A stretch of DNA of 64,000 nt from a virus. Its lineage: Duplodnaviria; Heunggongvirae; Uroviricota; Caudoviricetes. The stretch is from the IMG/VR virus record IMGVR_UViG_3300033074_002207; one strand, written 5' to 3'. The position numbers and the translations under genes are program-made. Below are positions 1 through 9,589 of this stretch, piece by piece; positions within the stretch are counted from its first letter, which is position 1; every line of letters starts with the position of its first letter. The notes beneath the pieces were generated by a model. The model did not search any database, was not told the DNA's origin, and saw only the letters and a program-made list of their open reading frames with translations.

Positions 1-2
1 CT

Positions 3-749
3 GAGTACGACTTCCCCCTTTACAAATTGTGGGGACACAGACACTCTCGTTTCACAGATGACAGTGTTCTAACCATCGCTACTGCGAGTGCGTTATTGAA
101 GAGTAACGACGCAAAAAATCTCAACGTAGACCTGTTTGCCTCAGAATATAAAGAATTTCACAGACGCTTCCCACACCGTGGTTATGGTAGAGGGTTTGTG
201 GCATGGACAGGGGAGCCAGAGGGTGTATATGGCGATAGCTACGGTAATGGTTCGGCAATGCGCGTCTCGCCTATTGGGTGGGTGTCGAATAATGTTACTG
301 AAGTTTTGAACCTCGCCACCATGTCCGCTTGTTGTAGTCATGGACATGAAGAGGGTATCAAGGGCAGTCAGGCTATTGCTGGAGCTATATGTATTGCACG
401 AACTACACACTCAAAAGAAGCTGTAGAAAGCTTCATTCTCAATCATTTCGACTATGATTTAAATGCAACAGTGCAAGAACTGATTCCACACAGTAGTTTT
501 GCCGCTTGTCAATCCACGGTTCCGCCAGCAATCAGGGCGTTTTTGGATTCAGACAACTATGAAGATGCGATTCGTCGCGCTATTGTAATGGGTGGGGATT
601 CTGATACGATTGCTGCAATGACAGGTAGTATCGCTGAAGCCTATTACGATGGTGTTCCAGTGAGATTGCGTTCGATAGCTTATTTGTTGCTTCCGCTTTC
701 GATGCGAAAGATTGTCACTCAGTTTCGAATCACTTACGGAGTGCCATAA
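3..749 (+). CDS. ADP-ribosylglycohydrolase (DraG/ARH family), 5'-truncated by the window edge
   Basis: FTDDSVLT, SYGNGSAMRVSP and GGDSDTIAAMTGSIAEA motifs; the frame is open to the window start (EYDFPLY...). Confidence 0.92.
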   Translation, partial: EYDFPLYKLWGHRHSRFTDDSVLTIATASALLKSNDAKNLNVDLFASEYKEFHRRFPHRGYGRGFVAWTGEPEGVYGDSYGNGSAMRVSPIGWVSNNVTEVLNLATMSACCSHGHEEGIKGSQAIAGAICIARTTHSKEAVESFILNHFDYDLNATVQELIPHSSFAACQSTVPPAIRAFLDSDNYEDAIRRAIVMGGDSDTIAAMTGSIAEAYYDGVPVRLRSIAYLLLPLSMRKIVTQFRITYGVP

Positions 750-769
750 ATTTTCCTCAAATTTAAAAT

Positions 770-795
770 TCCTCAATATTATAATAGAGGACATA
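770..795 (+). promoter_or_regulatory. TCCTCAA-N15-CATA putative phage-sigma promoter
   Basis: Motif, then 7 nt, then ATG 803. Confidence 0.7.
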
Positions 796-802
796 TAAAA
801 AC

Positions 803-2275
803 ATGAAACATCTAATTGCAGTTTTATCGTTGTTGGTTGCTCTTATGGGATTTGCCCATAGTGAAGAAATTGTTGTCACACCCAAAAATCCAAATGGGTG
901 GGTGTTTGGCGTACAGGGTTCAAGTAAGACCGTTTCGTGGTTGCTAGGCTATAATCGAAATGCACCCAATCTTGGCACGGGAGACTATTGGCTTTACACA
1001 GGTGAGTGCGATGGCGTCCCTTATGCTGAAACTGACGCTTTTAAGGGTGTTCCACTTGCTAGTATCACAAGGATTGGGTATGATACTTTTACACCCATGA
1101 TTCCTGGTCGTGGCGATATCAATATCGCGCCCGAAATGCGCATTTACTTGGATGTGCCAGGAAAACCGAATGGTTTCTATATTCAGTATTCTCCCGGTTT
1201 ACAGGGAAACGTCCCTACTGGTCGTTGGACATCATGGAATCCACTTCTGGGCAAATGGTACAATAGCCAAGATGGTTCAGGTGTTGTTTTACCTCTTGCC
1301 GAGTGGCTGGTTCAATATCAGAACGCAACGCTAAAGAACCTGCGCATTTATGCTGGAGCGATTAGTAAAGACCCAGGTGCTTACAGAATTTTTAGTCGAT
1401 GGCAGTTGGGCGTCGATAATGTATCGTTCTCTTATGCTCTGAACAGTATTGTCGTCTATAACTTTGAAGCAGACCCTGTGCCTGTGCCTGAACAGGGCAA
1501 CAAACCCAGTGTGGCTCCAGTTGTTGGCTTCAGTATCAACATCAGTCCAATCGTGATTGAATACCCAGTGTACTATATCTACGAAGGCGAACCTGTGGAG
1601 AAGAAGACGCCAGACAAGACAGAGCCCAAGCCCACAAAGCCCGAAGAAACGCCTAAGACCAACCCTTATAAGGTTGAAGATGGCACGTATATTCCGCTTG
1701 TTTTTAAGGGCAACACTGATATTTTAAGTATCTTGTCTCAAATTGCCGAAGTGGGCAATCCTGACCCCAAATTAACTGGCGGCGGTGCGTTCTTGTTTGG
1801 TTCGATTCCATTCTATATTCCTAAAGAGAACAACGCATGGGACGCGGCTCTTTACAAGGACAAACTAGAACACAAAATGGTTGTTAAAGCCAATCTGGAT
1901 GGTGTGACAGAAATTCATACACTCATGAATATAAGCAATGGCACACTTGAAAAGGACAAATTGTTTATCGAGTTTAGGGGTTCTAGGGGCTCTTTCTATC
2001 GCGTCCCGCTCATTACCAATAAGCATGTTCGTGATTGGCATTGGTTTCAGTACAATACTATTGAATCGCCAACAAAAACTGTATGGTCACGACATTTGAC
2101 CACCCATAAGGGTCACACCGACTGCGAATTGCGTCTAGACTCTCAGGTGTTTAAGCTGCCAAGTGAGTTTGCCGATGACACATTGCAATCGGTAACTATT
2201 GTAGACCGTGGCGCACAAGGGGTGCAGCGTGTCTTTTTGGCGGGTATGACTGCTAAGGTTAAGTTAAACAAGTAA
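803..2275 (+). CDS. Secreted two-domain protein with PEP-CTERM-like remnant and Pro/Lys/Thr-rich linker
   Basis: N-terminal signal peptide (AHS/EE); YNFEADPVPVPE; KKTPDKTEPKPTKPEETPK linker. Confidence 0.7.
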   Translation: MKHLIAVLSLLVALMGFAHSEEIVVTPKNPNGWVFGVQGSSKTVSWLLGYNRNAPNLGTGDYWLYTGECDGVPYAETDAFKGVPLASITRIGYDTFTPMIPGRGDINIAPEMRIYLDVPGKPNGFYIQYSPGLQGNVPTGRWTSWNPLLGKWYNSQDGSGVVLPLAEWLVQYQNATLKNLRIYAGAISKDPGAYRIFSRWQLGVDNVSFSYALNSIVVYNFEADPVPVPEQGNKPSVAPVVGFSINISPIVIEYPVYYIYEGEPVEKKTPDKTEPKPTKPEETPKTNPYKVEDGTYIPLVFKGNTDILSILSQIAEVGNPDPKLTGGGAFLFGSIPFYIPKENNAWDAALYKDKLEHKMVVKANLDGVTEIHTLMNISNGTLEKDKLFIEFRGSRGSFYRVPLITNKHVRDWHWFQYNTIESPTKTVWSRHLTTHKGHTDCELRLDSQVFKLPSEFADDTLQSVTIVDRGAQGVQRVFLAGMTAKVKLNK

Positions 2276-2515
2276 ATGGGCATCAAAACCATTCATGTAT
2301 GCGACATCACAGGAGAGCCTTTGGTATCTCCTGTGAAACTTGGATTTACGATTGGCAGCGAGCAAATCATATTAGAGGTTAATATGAAGATTGCCGAAAA
2401 GCTAGTGTTCGCTCTTGCAAGCAGACTTTCTTCTGAAGAAATGGAAGAGGCAACGAAAGAGGCTTTCGGGAAAAATTGGCTTGATGATTTCCGCAAAGCT
2501 CAGAACAGCGGCTGA
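2276..2515 (+). CDS. Hypothetical protein
   Basis: 79-aa ORF abutting the previous stop; CDITG motif. Confidence 0.65.
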   Translation: MGIKTIHVCDITGEPLVSPVKLGFTIGSEQIILEVNMKIAEKLVFALASRLSSEEMEEATKEAFGKNWLDDFRKAQNSG

Positions 2516-2747
2516 CGCTTATCTGTTTTACTGTCCTGGTTGTCAAGAATACCATCAAGTTCCAAGAGATGGGCGTTGGCAGTTTAATGACAATTTAGAC
2601 TCACCAACATTTACACCCTCGATAGTAACTGGTGCGTCACTTGGCCGGACATGTCATATTTTTATTACTGATGGGCGAATCCATTATTTAGGTGATTGCC
2701 ACCATTCTTTGGCAAATACCATTGTTGACATGGAAAATGAAGATTAA
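2484..2747 (+). CDS. DUF6527-like small Cys/His protein
   Basis: FYCPGC..H, W.FN..LDSPTFTPSI, CHIFITDGRIHYLGDCHHSLA; start placed at ATG 2484. Confidence 0.75.
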   Translation: MISAKLRTAADAYLFYCPGCQEYHQVPRDGRWQFNDNLDSPTFTPSIVTGASLGRTCHIFITDGRIHYLGDCHHSLANTIVDMENED

Positions 2748-2754
2748 GAATTGT

Positions 2755-3956
2755 GTGAACTATATCTTTTGATACTTCAAGCTTCATTCACGTGGTCAAA
2801 CCACAGTGTCCACTTGCGTTGATTCGGACTGTTCCAGCCCTATACATCTAATCAAATTCTGACGTTGAAAAGCCATTCTGCGAATGTTTTCGGCGGCATT
2901 TATGTCCCTATCATGACATGCGCCGCAGGCGCATGTCCATGCTCTGTCGGACAGTTTCAGTTCCTTATTGACTACGCCACAGGCGCTGCACATCTTGGAA
3001 CTTGGTTCGAATCTCCCGATGTCGAGAAGATTCTTTCCTGACCATTCACATTTGTATTTGAGAAAGTCAAAGAATATTCCCCAACTTACATCTGCGATGG
3101 ATTTTGCAAGACAGTGATTCTTCTGCATGTTTTTAATTGAAAGGTCTTCAATACAAAATGTTGTTGCTTGGCTCTCGCTAACAAGTTTTGTTGTCACTTT
3201 GTGTAGAAAATCTCGTCTTTGATTAGATATATGCTCGTGAAGGCGAGCTATTCTTTTGCTTTGCTTGGCTCTGCTGGCAGAGCCTTTCTTCATCTTGCTA
3301 AGTCGATATTGCTCGTAAGCTAATTTCTTCTCCGACTTCCGAAGGAACTTGGGGTTATCGACAATCATTCCATCCGAGGTTGCGAGGAATTTACTAATTC
3401 CCACGTCGATGCCTACGGCATCTTCAGCCTTGAGAGCCGCCTTCGGCGGAAGAGGTTGGCTGTTCTCAACAAGAATCGAAGCATAGTAATGTCCAACAGC
3501 ATTCTTACTGATAGTTACTGTCTTAATTTCTCCATCAAACTTACGATGGAACTTTGCCTTAATTGCTTTGATTTTAGGAATGGAGAGCGCCCCGTTCTCC
3601 CAATCCACTGAACAATGTTGAGGACATTGGAAAGACTGTTTTGGATTGTGTTTTGATTTGAATTTCGGAAAGCCCTTCTTCTCTCGAAAGAATTTAGTGT
3701 AAGCATTGTCCAAATTCCGCAGAGCTGTTTGCAGGCTCTGCGAATTGACTGTCTTCAGCCAAGGTTCGTCCTCTTTCAGTTGTTTGAGATTGTTGATGAG
3801 TTCAAAGCAGGAGAGAGTCTTCGACTCCTGCTGATATGCTTCTGTCTTCTTTTCAAGCCCCCAGTTATAAACAAATCTTGTCGCCCCGAAATGCTCGTTG
3901 AGCATTTCGACTTGCTTTTTATTCGGATATATTCTATACTTAAAAGCTTTAAGCAT
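2755..3956 (-). mobile_element. IS200/IS605-family (IS1341-like) solo tnpB element; left end not defined
   Basis: tnpB followed on the - strand by ...GATATAGTTCAC (right-end-like, ends at 2755); no tnpA nearby. Confidence 0.6.
2796..3956 (-). CDS. tnpB: TnpB RNA-guided endonuclease
   Basis: MLKAFKYRIYPN HTH; RuvC GIDVG / IEDL / DRDINAA; CSACG..CACG zinc finger. Confidence 0.95.
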   Translation of the reverse strand: MLKAFKYRIYPNKKQVEMLNEHFGATRFVYNWGLEKKTEAYQQESKTLSCFELINNLKQLKEDEPWLKTVNSQSLQTALRNLDNAYTKFFREKKGFPKFKSKHNPKQSFQCPQHCSVDWENGALSIPKIKAIKAKFHRKFDGEIKTVTISKNAVGHYYASILVENSQPLPPKAALKAEDAVGIDVGISKFLATSDGMIVDNPKFLRKSEKKLAYEQYRLSKMKKGSASRAKQSKRIARLHEHISNQRRDFLHKVTTKLVSESQATTFCIEDLSIKNMQKNHCLAKSIADVSWGIFFDFLKYKCEWSGKNLLDIGRFEPSSKMCSACGVVNKELKLSDRAWTCACGACHDRDINAAENIRRMAFQRQNLIRCIGLEQSESTQVDTVV

Positions 3957-4059
3957 ATTGGTTGTTTCGTGATTGTTTTTACAGAAACCTTTATTTACTT
4001 TAAAAAATCAAAATTATCCGATTTGTTTCTCTTCATTGTATAAATCCATTATTGGTGAA

Positions 4060-5337
4060 ATGATGGATTTATACGACAAGAGCAAAGTTTACTTTACCTA
4101 TCACTCTAAGCTGCATTCGGCGCAAAACACAGATGCTTTTGCTTTCTCACAACTAATTCCGTATATTGGTAACAAAAGAAAGCTTTTGCCGTTGATTATT
4201 GACGGCTTGCGCGAGACTGGATTACAAAACGGCAAATTCTTGGATATGTTTTCTGGCAGTACAGTTGTTGCAAGAATGGCTAAAGAATTTGGTTTTCAAA
4301 CTTTTGTTAATGACTGGGAGCCATACGCATGGCATCTTAATCGCTGTTTCATCACACTCAATAAAGAGCCAGAATTTTCCATGCTTGGCGGCGCTGATAA
4401 AGTCTTTGATATTCTAAACAACATCCATCCCAAAGAAGACTGGGTAACAACTTACCTGTGTCCTGATGATGATGACAACCCAGATTTGTCCCGCGAGCGA
4501 TTGTTTTTCACAAGAGAAAACGGCATGCTTATTGATGCGATGCGGTGCCAAATTCAAGAATGGTATTCTGATGGACAGATTGATTCTGATGAGTTGTCAT
4601 ATCTTATAGCACCGCTGCTATATTCAGCAAGTTATGTATCAAACACGAGTGGTTTGTTTAATGCTTTTCATGCGGGGTTTGGCGGCGGAACTAAAACTGG
4701 GTTGAATAGAATTAAAAGTTGTATCGCTTTGCAAAAACCTATTCTTTTTGACAACAAAAAACAGAATGTGGCTTTTTGTCAAGATGCGTTAACTTTAGCT
4801 TATGATTTACGAGATGCCAATTTGGATGTTGTGTATCTTGACCCTCCCTATAATCAGCATTCATATGGCAGCAACTATCATGTATTGAATAGTATTGCTC
4901 TGTGGGATAAGCCAGAGACACCAGAATATATCTCTAGTGGGCGCAAATCGGCTATTAGGACTGACTGGCAAGATTCGCGGCGCTCAGAATACAACTCCAC
5001 CAAAACTTCTTCGATGGCTTATGATGAGTTAATAAACTCTATTCAGTCTCGCTATATGTTGGTATCGTACAGCACTGAAGGAAATATCCCGCTTTATGAT
5101 TTGTTGTCTTCAAGCGGCAGCGTTGGAAGTCTCAAATGTGTTATGGAGCCATATCAAAGATACAGGGTGTCTAAGCAGCGCCCAAGCGTTCGTCCGAGAA
5201 CTTTAGAATTTGTTTTGGTGATTGACACATCTGGCAAGCCATCTAAATCAAATGTTGATGAGGTGTTTGAAAAGATTGTTGAGTCTGAGAAAACATTGCA
5301 AACCAGAACTGAAGAATTAATGGAGATGGCGAAATGA
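4060..5337 (+). CDS. DNA adenine methyltransferase (D12 class, FokI-M-like)
   Basis: PYIGNKRKLL, DMFSGSTVVA, YLDPPYN; start placed at ATG 4060. Confidence 0.9.
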   Translation: MMDLYDKSKVYFTYHSKLHSAQNTDAFAFSQLIPYIGNKRKLLPLIIDGLRETGLQNGKFLDMFSGSTVVARMAKEFGFQTFVNDWEPYAWHLNRCFITLNKEPEFSMLGGADKVFDILNNIHPKEDWVTTYLCPDDDDNPDLSRERLFFTRENGMLIDAMRCQIQEWYSDGQIDSDELSYLIAPLLYSASYVSNTSGLFNAFHAGFGGGTKTGLNRIKSCIALQKPILFDNKKQNVAFCQDALTLAYDLRDANLDVVYLDPPYNQHSYGSNYHVLNSIALWDKPETPEYISSGRKSAIRTDWQDSRRSEYNSTKTSSMAYDELINSIQSRYMLVSYSTEGNIPLYDLLSSSGSVGSLKCVMEPYQRYRVSKQRPSVRPRTLEFVLVIDTSGKPSKSNVDEVFEKIVESEKTLQTRTEELMEMAK

Positions 5338-5498
5338 GAATTGAAAGGCTTCCACAATATTATAAAATTGCCATTGGTTCTTTTGTAATAAGACTAGGAA
5401 ACTCACATCCTAGTAGAAAACAAAAAATATGGTATACTAAAAACGGCTCAGGTTTTCGCTGGTGGCTTCATATCTTTGCTGTGGATATCATGTATTAG
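5334..5498 (+). CDS. Small hypothetical protein (54 aa, not in ORF track)
   Basis: ATGA overlap with the MTase stop; MRIERLPQYY... Confidence 0.45.
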   Translation: MRIERLPQYYKIAIGSFVIRLGNSHPSRKQKIWYTKNGSGFRWWLHIFAVDIMY

Positions 5499-5507
5499 GA
5501 GAAGAAA

Positions 5508-5633
5508 ATGAAATCAAAATATCTTTTGTGTGGCGTGCTTGTTGGGGCAATCGTTGTTGCCGCGATTTTGCTGAACCACAAAGAAATACTCACAGCACAA
5601 GACCTAGACGAAAACTGGCGCTTCGGATGTTAA
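5508..5633 (+). CDS. Small membrane protein (41 aa, not in ORF track)
   Basis: AGGAG RBS; one hydrophobic helix MKSKYLLCGVLVGAIVVAAILL. Confidence 0.55.
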   Translation: MKSKYLLCGVLVGAIVVAAILLNHKEILTAQDLDENWRFGC

Positions 5634-5634
5634 A

Positions 5635-5898
5635 ATGATAACCAAAGAGATGGTGGTGAAAGAAACAGAAGAAATTACTTCTGTTACCTGTGATTTGTGT
5701 GCAAAATCTACTCTTATAGGGGAGGAACACGCAGATTTTGCACATTTTTCATATGGCACACTCCGATTTCACGGTGGCTACGGAAGCTCGCATGACGGCA
5801 CTCTGGTAGAATTACAGTTATGCGAAGAATGTGTTTTTGAGTTGGTGAATCGCAGAAAGAGCGGAAATGTTCAAGAACATATGTTTTGGGGCTCCTAA
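5635..5898 (+). CDS. Hypothetical protein, Zn-ribbon-like
   Basis: CDLC...LCEEC. Confidence 0.7.
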   Translation: MITKEMVVKETEEITSVTCDLCAKSTLIGEEHADFAHFSYGTLRFHGGYGSSHDGTLVELQLCEECVFELVNRRKSGNVQEHMFWGS

Positions 5899-5934
5899 AT
5901 ACGATAATGGTATTGAGGGCTGTATAAACAATAT

Positions 5935-6537
5935 ATGTTACAAGAACACGCAAAACAAACACTTATCGTCAACCTCTTTGGTGGACCTGGCACGGGTAAA
6001 TCGACTCATGCCTCTGGAACGTTTTATCGTCTCAAGCGCAGTGGTGTAAACTGCGAATACATCCAAGAATACGCCAAGGACAAAACCTGGTCAGAAGACA
6101 GACAAACTCTTCTTTGTCAACCTTACGTAACTGGTAAGCAATTTTATCGCACTGCCCGACTCTTGGGCAAGGTCGATGTCGCCGTTACAGACTCGCCAGT
6201 TATCACGGGGTTGCTATATCAAGGATTTGGATGCACTCCCAGTTGGGAAAGATGGGCTGTCGAAGCGTTCAATGAATTTAACAACCTGAACATCTTCTTG
6301 GTTAGAAACACTAACAACCACCCTTATAACCCCAAGGGGCGCAACCAGACTGAAGAAGAGGCGCGGATGAAAGACCAAGAGGCTAGGGCTATCCTTGACC
6401 GCGAAGGAATACCGTATCATGTGGTGGAAGTAACTGCGGTTAATGATTTTACTTGGGATGATGCTGGGCTTGACAGGATTTATGAACTGGTGATGTCTAG
6501 ACTAAAACAAGAACGAGAATCTCGTCTTGAGGTATAA
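5935..6537 (+). CDS. NadR/Ttd14-like P-loop AAA kinase
   Basis: NLFGGPGTGKST, EYAKD, VTDSP, YNPKGRNQ. Confidence 0.8.
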   Translation: MLQEHAKQTLIVNLFGGPGTGKSTHASGTFYRLKRSGVNCEYIQEYAKDKTWSEDRQTLLCQPYVTGKQFYRTARLLGKVDVAVTDSPVITGLLYQGFGCTPSWERWAVEAFNEFNNLNIFLVRNTNNHPYNPKGRNQTEEEARMKDQEARAILDREGIPYHVVEVTAVNDFTWDDAGLDRIYELVMSRLKQERESRLEV

Positions 6538-6543
6538 TAAGCA

Positions 6544-6891
6544 GTGATGTTAAATGACCCCTGGATTGACCCGTTGACGTGTGAGATGGAAGATGTTCTT
6601 GACGAGAGAAGCTTCCATCTCGTATGTTTGATGGGTGGAGATGATGATGTTTTTCATTTAGTAGATACTGCAACATTTGTTGCTGTAATGCACGGAGATT
6701 TTAGTAAATACACCTCCAACTACATGTCTCTTTCGATTGAAAAGAATATGGTTGAACGTGTCGAAGATAACAAGGTGTATACTAAGGATATTCCACGAAC
6801 TAAAATTGCCATTGACTCTATATTTGTTAATTTAGACGATATTGCTGATTTGCGCAGAAAGCTGTCAGAAGACTACTTTGTATTCATTTAA
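6544..6891 (+). CDS. Hypothetical protein
   Basis: 115-aa ORF in a tight gene run. Confidence 0.6.
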   Translation: MMLNDPWIDPLTCEMEDVLDERSFHLVCLMGGDDDVFHLVDTATFVAVMHGDFSKYTSNYMSLSIEKNMVERVEDNKVYTKDIPRTKIAIDSIFVNLDDIADLRRKLSEDYFVFI

Positions 6892-6893
6892 CA

Positions 6894-7376
6894 ATGGAAT
6901 GGGTTTATGGTGACATGATAGATGTTTGCCGTGAGCGCGATTACGATGGTATCGTGTTCACGGCAAATTCTGTTGTAAACAAAGACAGCGAACTAGTTAT
7001 GGGCGGTGGGGCGGCGCTTCGGGTTAAGAATGCCTTCCCCAAAGCAGCGCTAGTCTTAGGAAATCAAATTAAACAAGATGGTTACAACTGGGTGCAGCCA
7101 GATTATTATTTGGCTGGCTGTGTGTTTGATGCAGTGAAACCATTCTATGTATTCGCCCTTCAGGTTAAGCGAGATTTTAGGCACAAAGGTGACATTCAGC
7201 TAACGATTCAATCACTCAAAGACCTTGCCACTTGGTGTGAAGAAAATCCAGAGGTTAAACTGGTGATGAATTGTCCGTTAATAGGATTGGGTGGATATCG
7301 CTCAAGGGTTGATGAGGTAAAGGAAATTGTTAGTTCTATACTCAAAAATACAAGTATAGTGGTGACAATTTTATGA
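6894..7376 (+). CDS. Macrodomain (ADP-ribose binding/hydrolysis) protein
   Basis: TANS...VMGGGAAL..K..FP; CPLIGLGG. Confidence 0.8.
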   Translation: MEWVYGDMIDVCRERDYDGIVFTANSVVNKDSELVMGGGAALRVKNAFPKAALVLGNQIKQDGYNWVQPDYYLAGCVFDAVKPFYVFALQVKRDFRHKGDIQLTIQSLKDLATWCEENPEVKLVMNCPLIGLGGYRSRVDEVKEIVSSILKNTSIVVTIL

Positions 7377-8977
7377 ATTACAATATTCAAAAAGCAAAAG
7401 ATGTAATGAAAATCATAGAAGATTCGCAGGGCGAAGAACTAGATAATCGTTTGTCTATTGTTATTGCTGTTTTGGATTCTCTAGAGTACACCAAGGCTTG
7501 CATTGCAAGTCTTCAAGAACACGCGCCAAATGCCGAGATTATTATTGTCAACAATGGAAGCCAACCAGATACAAAAGAATATTTAGATAGTTTGTCTCAT
7601 GTAAAAGTCATTCATTGGAAGACCAACCTGGGAGTATCAAAAGCATGGAATGCTGGTTTAAAAATTGCAACGCGAGATATACTGTGCGTGCTTAACAACG
7701 ACGTGGTGGTTCAACCAAATGGCATGCAGAATTTAGTTCTTGCAGCAATGACCGATGGTATTTCTGCCGATACTGGCGCGTGTATTAACACTGATTTTAA
7801 TTACGCTTATGCTACATACAACAATGATGAAGCAGATTTTCTAGGCGGTTATTGCCTAGTATTTAGGCGTGATGTTTTAGAAAAAGTGGGGATGTTCGAT
7901 GAGTTTTTCTCGCCCGCCTACGGTGAAGATAGCGATTGGTGCCTAAGAGCAAAACAAGCGGGATGTAAATGGCAAATTCTTCCAGGGAGTGTCTATCATC
8001 ATACAGCAAGAACATCTACTAGAATTTTTGACATGGGGTCGTTTTTAGCTGGGCAAAGAATAAAATTTATTAACAAGTGGGGGAAATCAGCCAACGGATT
8101 AGGAGAGCGCATTTTGATTCGGGCTGGTACAAGCTCAAACGAACGCATCCAACAATGTATTGATGAAATAAGACTCAGAAAACCCCTTGCAAAAATACAA
8201 GTTTTAACTGATGCGAACCCAGATTTGTTTACTGGACAAGATTGTGTTAATTCAGTGCCTCGATTTAGGGGATACACACAAGAGGTTGAGTGTGAAGAAT
8301 ATTTAGCGCGACCACTTGTGTCATTTATTACATGGGTGAATAATGAAGTTCATTATAGAAATTTTCTCAAACATTCTCACAATATTAAAGCCGAATATAT
8401 TAGATTGGGACAAGAGTATGATTCTATGTCGAAGGCATATAATGCTGGGACGGAGCTTGCAACGGGGAAATATTTGGTGTATGTGCATCAAGATGTAGAA
8501 ATTTTAGACAATCTTTTTGAAGAAAAACTAAGGAAATTATTTGACCAACACGACAATCTGGGTTTTGTCGGTGTTGTTGGCAGTTTAACAAACAATGCAA
8601 GAGCGTTGTGGTTCTCAGAAGGAGCACCAAATTGCCGAGGAATAGCAGTTCAGAGCACACATCAGTTGTTAAACCTTGGGGCATATAATGGTCCTGCGTG
8701 TCTATTAGACGGATTGATGTTAATTACGGACAAGAAGTTTAATTTTCCAGAATCCCTGCCGCATATTCACTTTTTAGACACATGGATGTGCAATCTTGCG
8801 ATGTCTCATGGATATCAAAATTGGATTATTGATATTTTGGTGAATCACAACTCGCCCGGTGAAACTAAATCCAAGGAATTTAAAGAAAATCTGGTGCGCT
8901 ATCGCCTGAAGTGGTTTATGGACGCAAGTGACAACTATAACGGATTGTCATTTGATGAGTTAAAATCTATTTCCTAG
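7373..8977 (+). CDS. Two-domain family 2 glycosyltransferase
   Basis: IIIVNNGS, LNNDVVV, FSPAYGEDSDWC; second domain YVHQDV, CLLDGLML. Confidence 0.9.
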   Translation: MNYNIQKAKDVMKIIEDSQGEELDNRLSIVIAVLDSLEYTKACIASLQEHAPNAEIIIVNNGSQPDTKEYLDSLSHVKVIHWKTNLGVSKAWNAGLKIATRDILCVLNNDVVVQPNGMQNLVLAAMTDGISADTGACINTDFNYAYATYNNDEADFLGGYCLVFRRDVLEKVGMFDEFFSPAYGEDSDWCLRAKQAGCKWQILPGSVYHHTARTSTRIFDMGSFLAGQRIKFINKWGKSANGLGERILIRAGTSSNERIQQCIDEIRLRKPLAKIQVLTDANPDLFTGQDCVNSVPRFRGYTQEVECEEYLARPLVSFITWVNNEVHYRNFLKHSHNIKAEYIRLGQEYDSMSKAYNAGTELATGKYLVYVHQDVEILDNLFEEKLRKLFDQHDNLGFVGVVGSLTNNARALWFSEGAPNCRGIAVQSTHQLLNLGAYNGPACLLDGLMLITDKKFNFPESLPHIHFLDTWMCNLAMSHGYQNWIIDILVNHNSPGETKSKEFKENLVRYRLKWFMDASDNYNGLSFDELKSIS

Positions 8978-9537
8978 TTGTCTGACAACACAACAACCCA
9001 GCTTTCGTCTTCATATACGTTGGCTGGAGTGAGGTTTAAGATTTTTAAAATGTCAGTCACGGCGCTATAGTCGTGTCCCATTAATAATCCGTCTGGTTTT
9101 AATTTCTTTCGCCACGATATGATGTCAAATCCCGCCGACTCATAATCATGCGCACCGTCAATATAAACATAATCTAATGAGGCGTTTTGAAAAATACCCA
9201 GAGCTTCTGCTGAAAACAATTTGTGTTTAATGATGTTGTCATACACTTCTAGCAGCTTGTCAAATTCTTTTTCTGCTTCGGCAAGCATCTCATAAGTAAC
9301 TTCGCCGTAATTAGATTCAATGACTCTTGTCCAGGGGTCTACGGCATTGATACAAGCGCTAAAATTTGCAAATACCTCTGTAGAAGCGCCTCTAAAACAA
9401 CCCACCTCACAGCCAACCATTGTGTTTTTCAAATGGTCTTGGCATAGTTGTATTAATCCTTCGGTAGAATTTACCGAAGTGTTAAAATCATGGTCTTCTG
9501 CCCAAACTCTCGTTCTTGGTTTAATCATAATGGTCAT
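8974..9537 (-). CDS. Class I SAM-dependent methyltransferase (Methyltransf_24-like)
   Basis: EVGCFRGAST, DYVYIDGAHDY, LMGHDY. Confidence 0.85.
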   Translation of the reverse strand: MTIMIKPRTRVWAEDHDFNTSVNSTEGLIQLCQDHLKNTMVGCEVGCFRGASTEVFANFSACINAVDPWTRVIESNYGEVTYEMLAEAEKEFDKLLEVYDNIIKHKLFSAEALGIFQNASLDYVYIDGAHDYESAGFDIISWRKKLKPDGLLMGHDYSAVTDILKILNLTPANVYEDESWVVVLSDN

Positions 9538-9589
9538 TTCCTATATTTTACAGTCAAAACCTGTCTTTCTGCCTTTCAAGTGTGCTATA

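Noticed and set aside
3000-3020. GGTTCGAATC T-loop-like string
   Set aside because: It lies inside tnpB with no surrounding cloverleaf.
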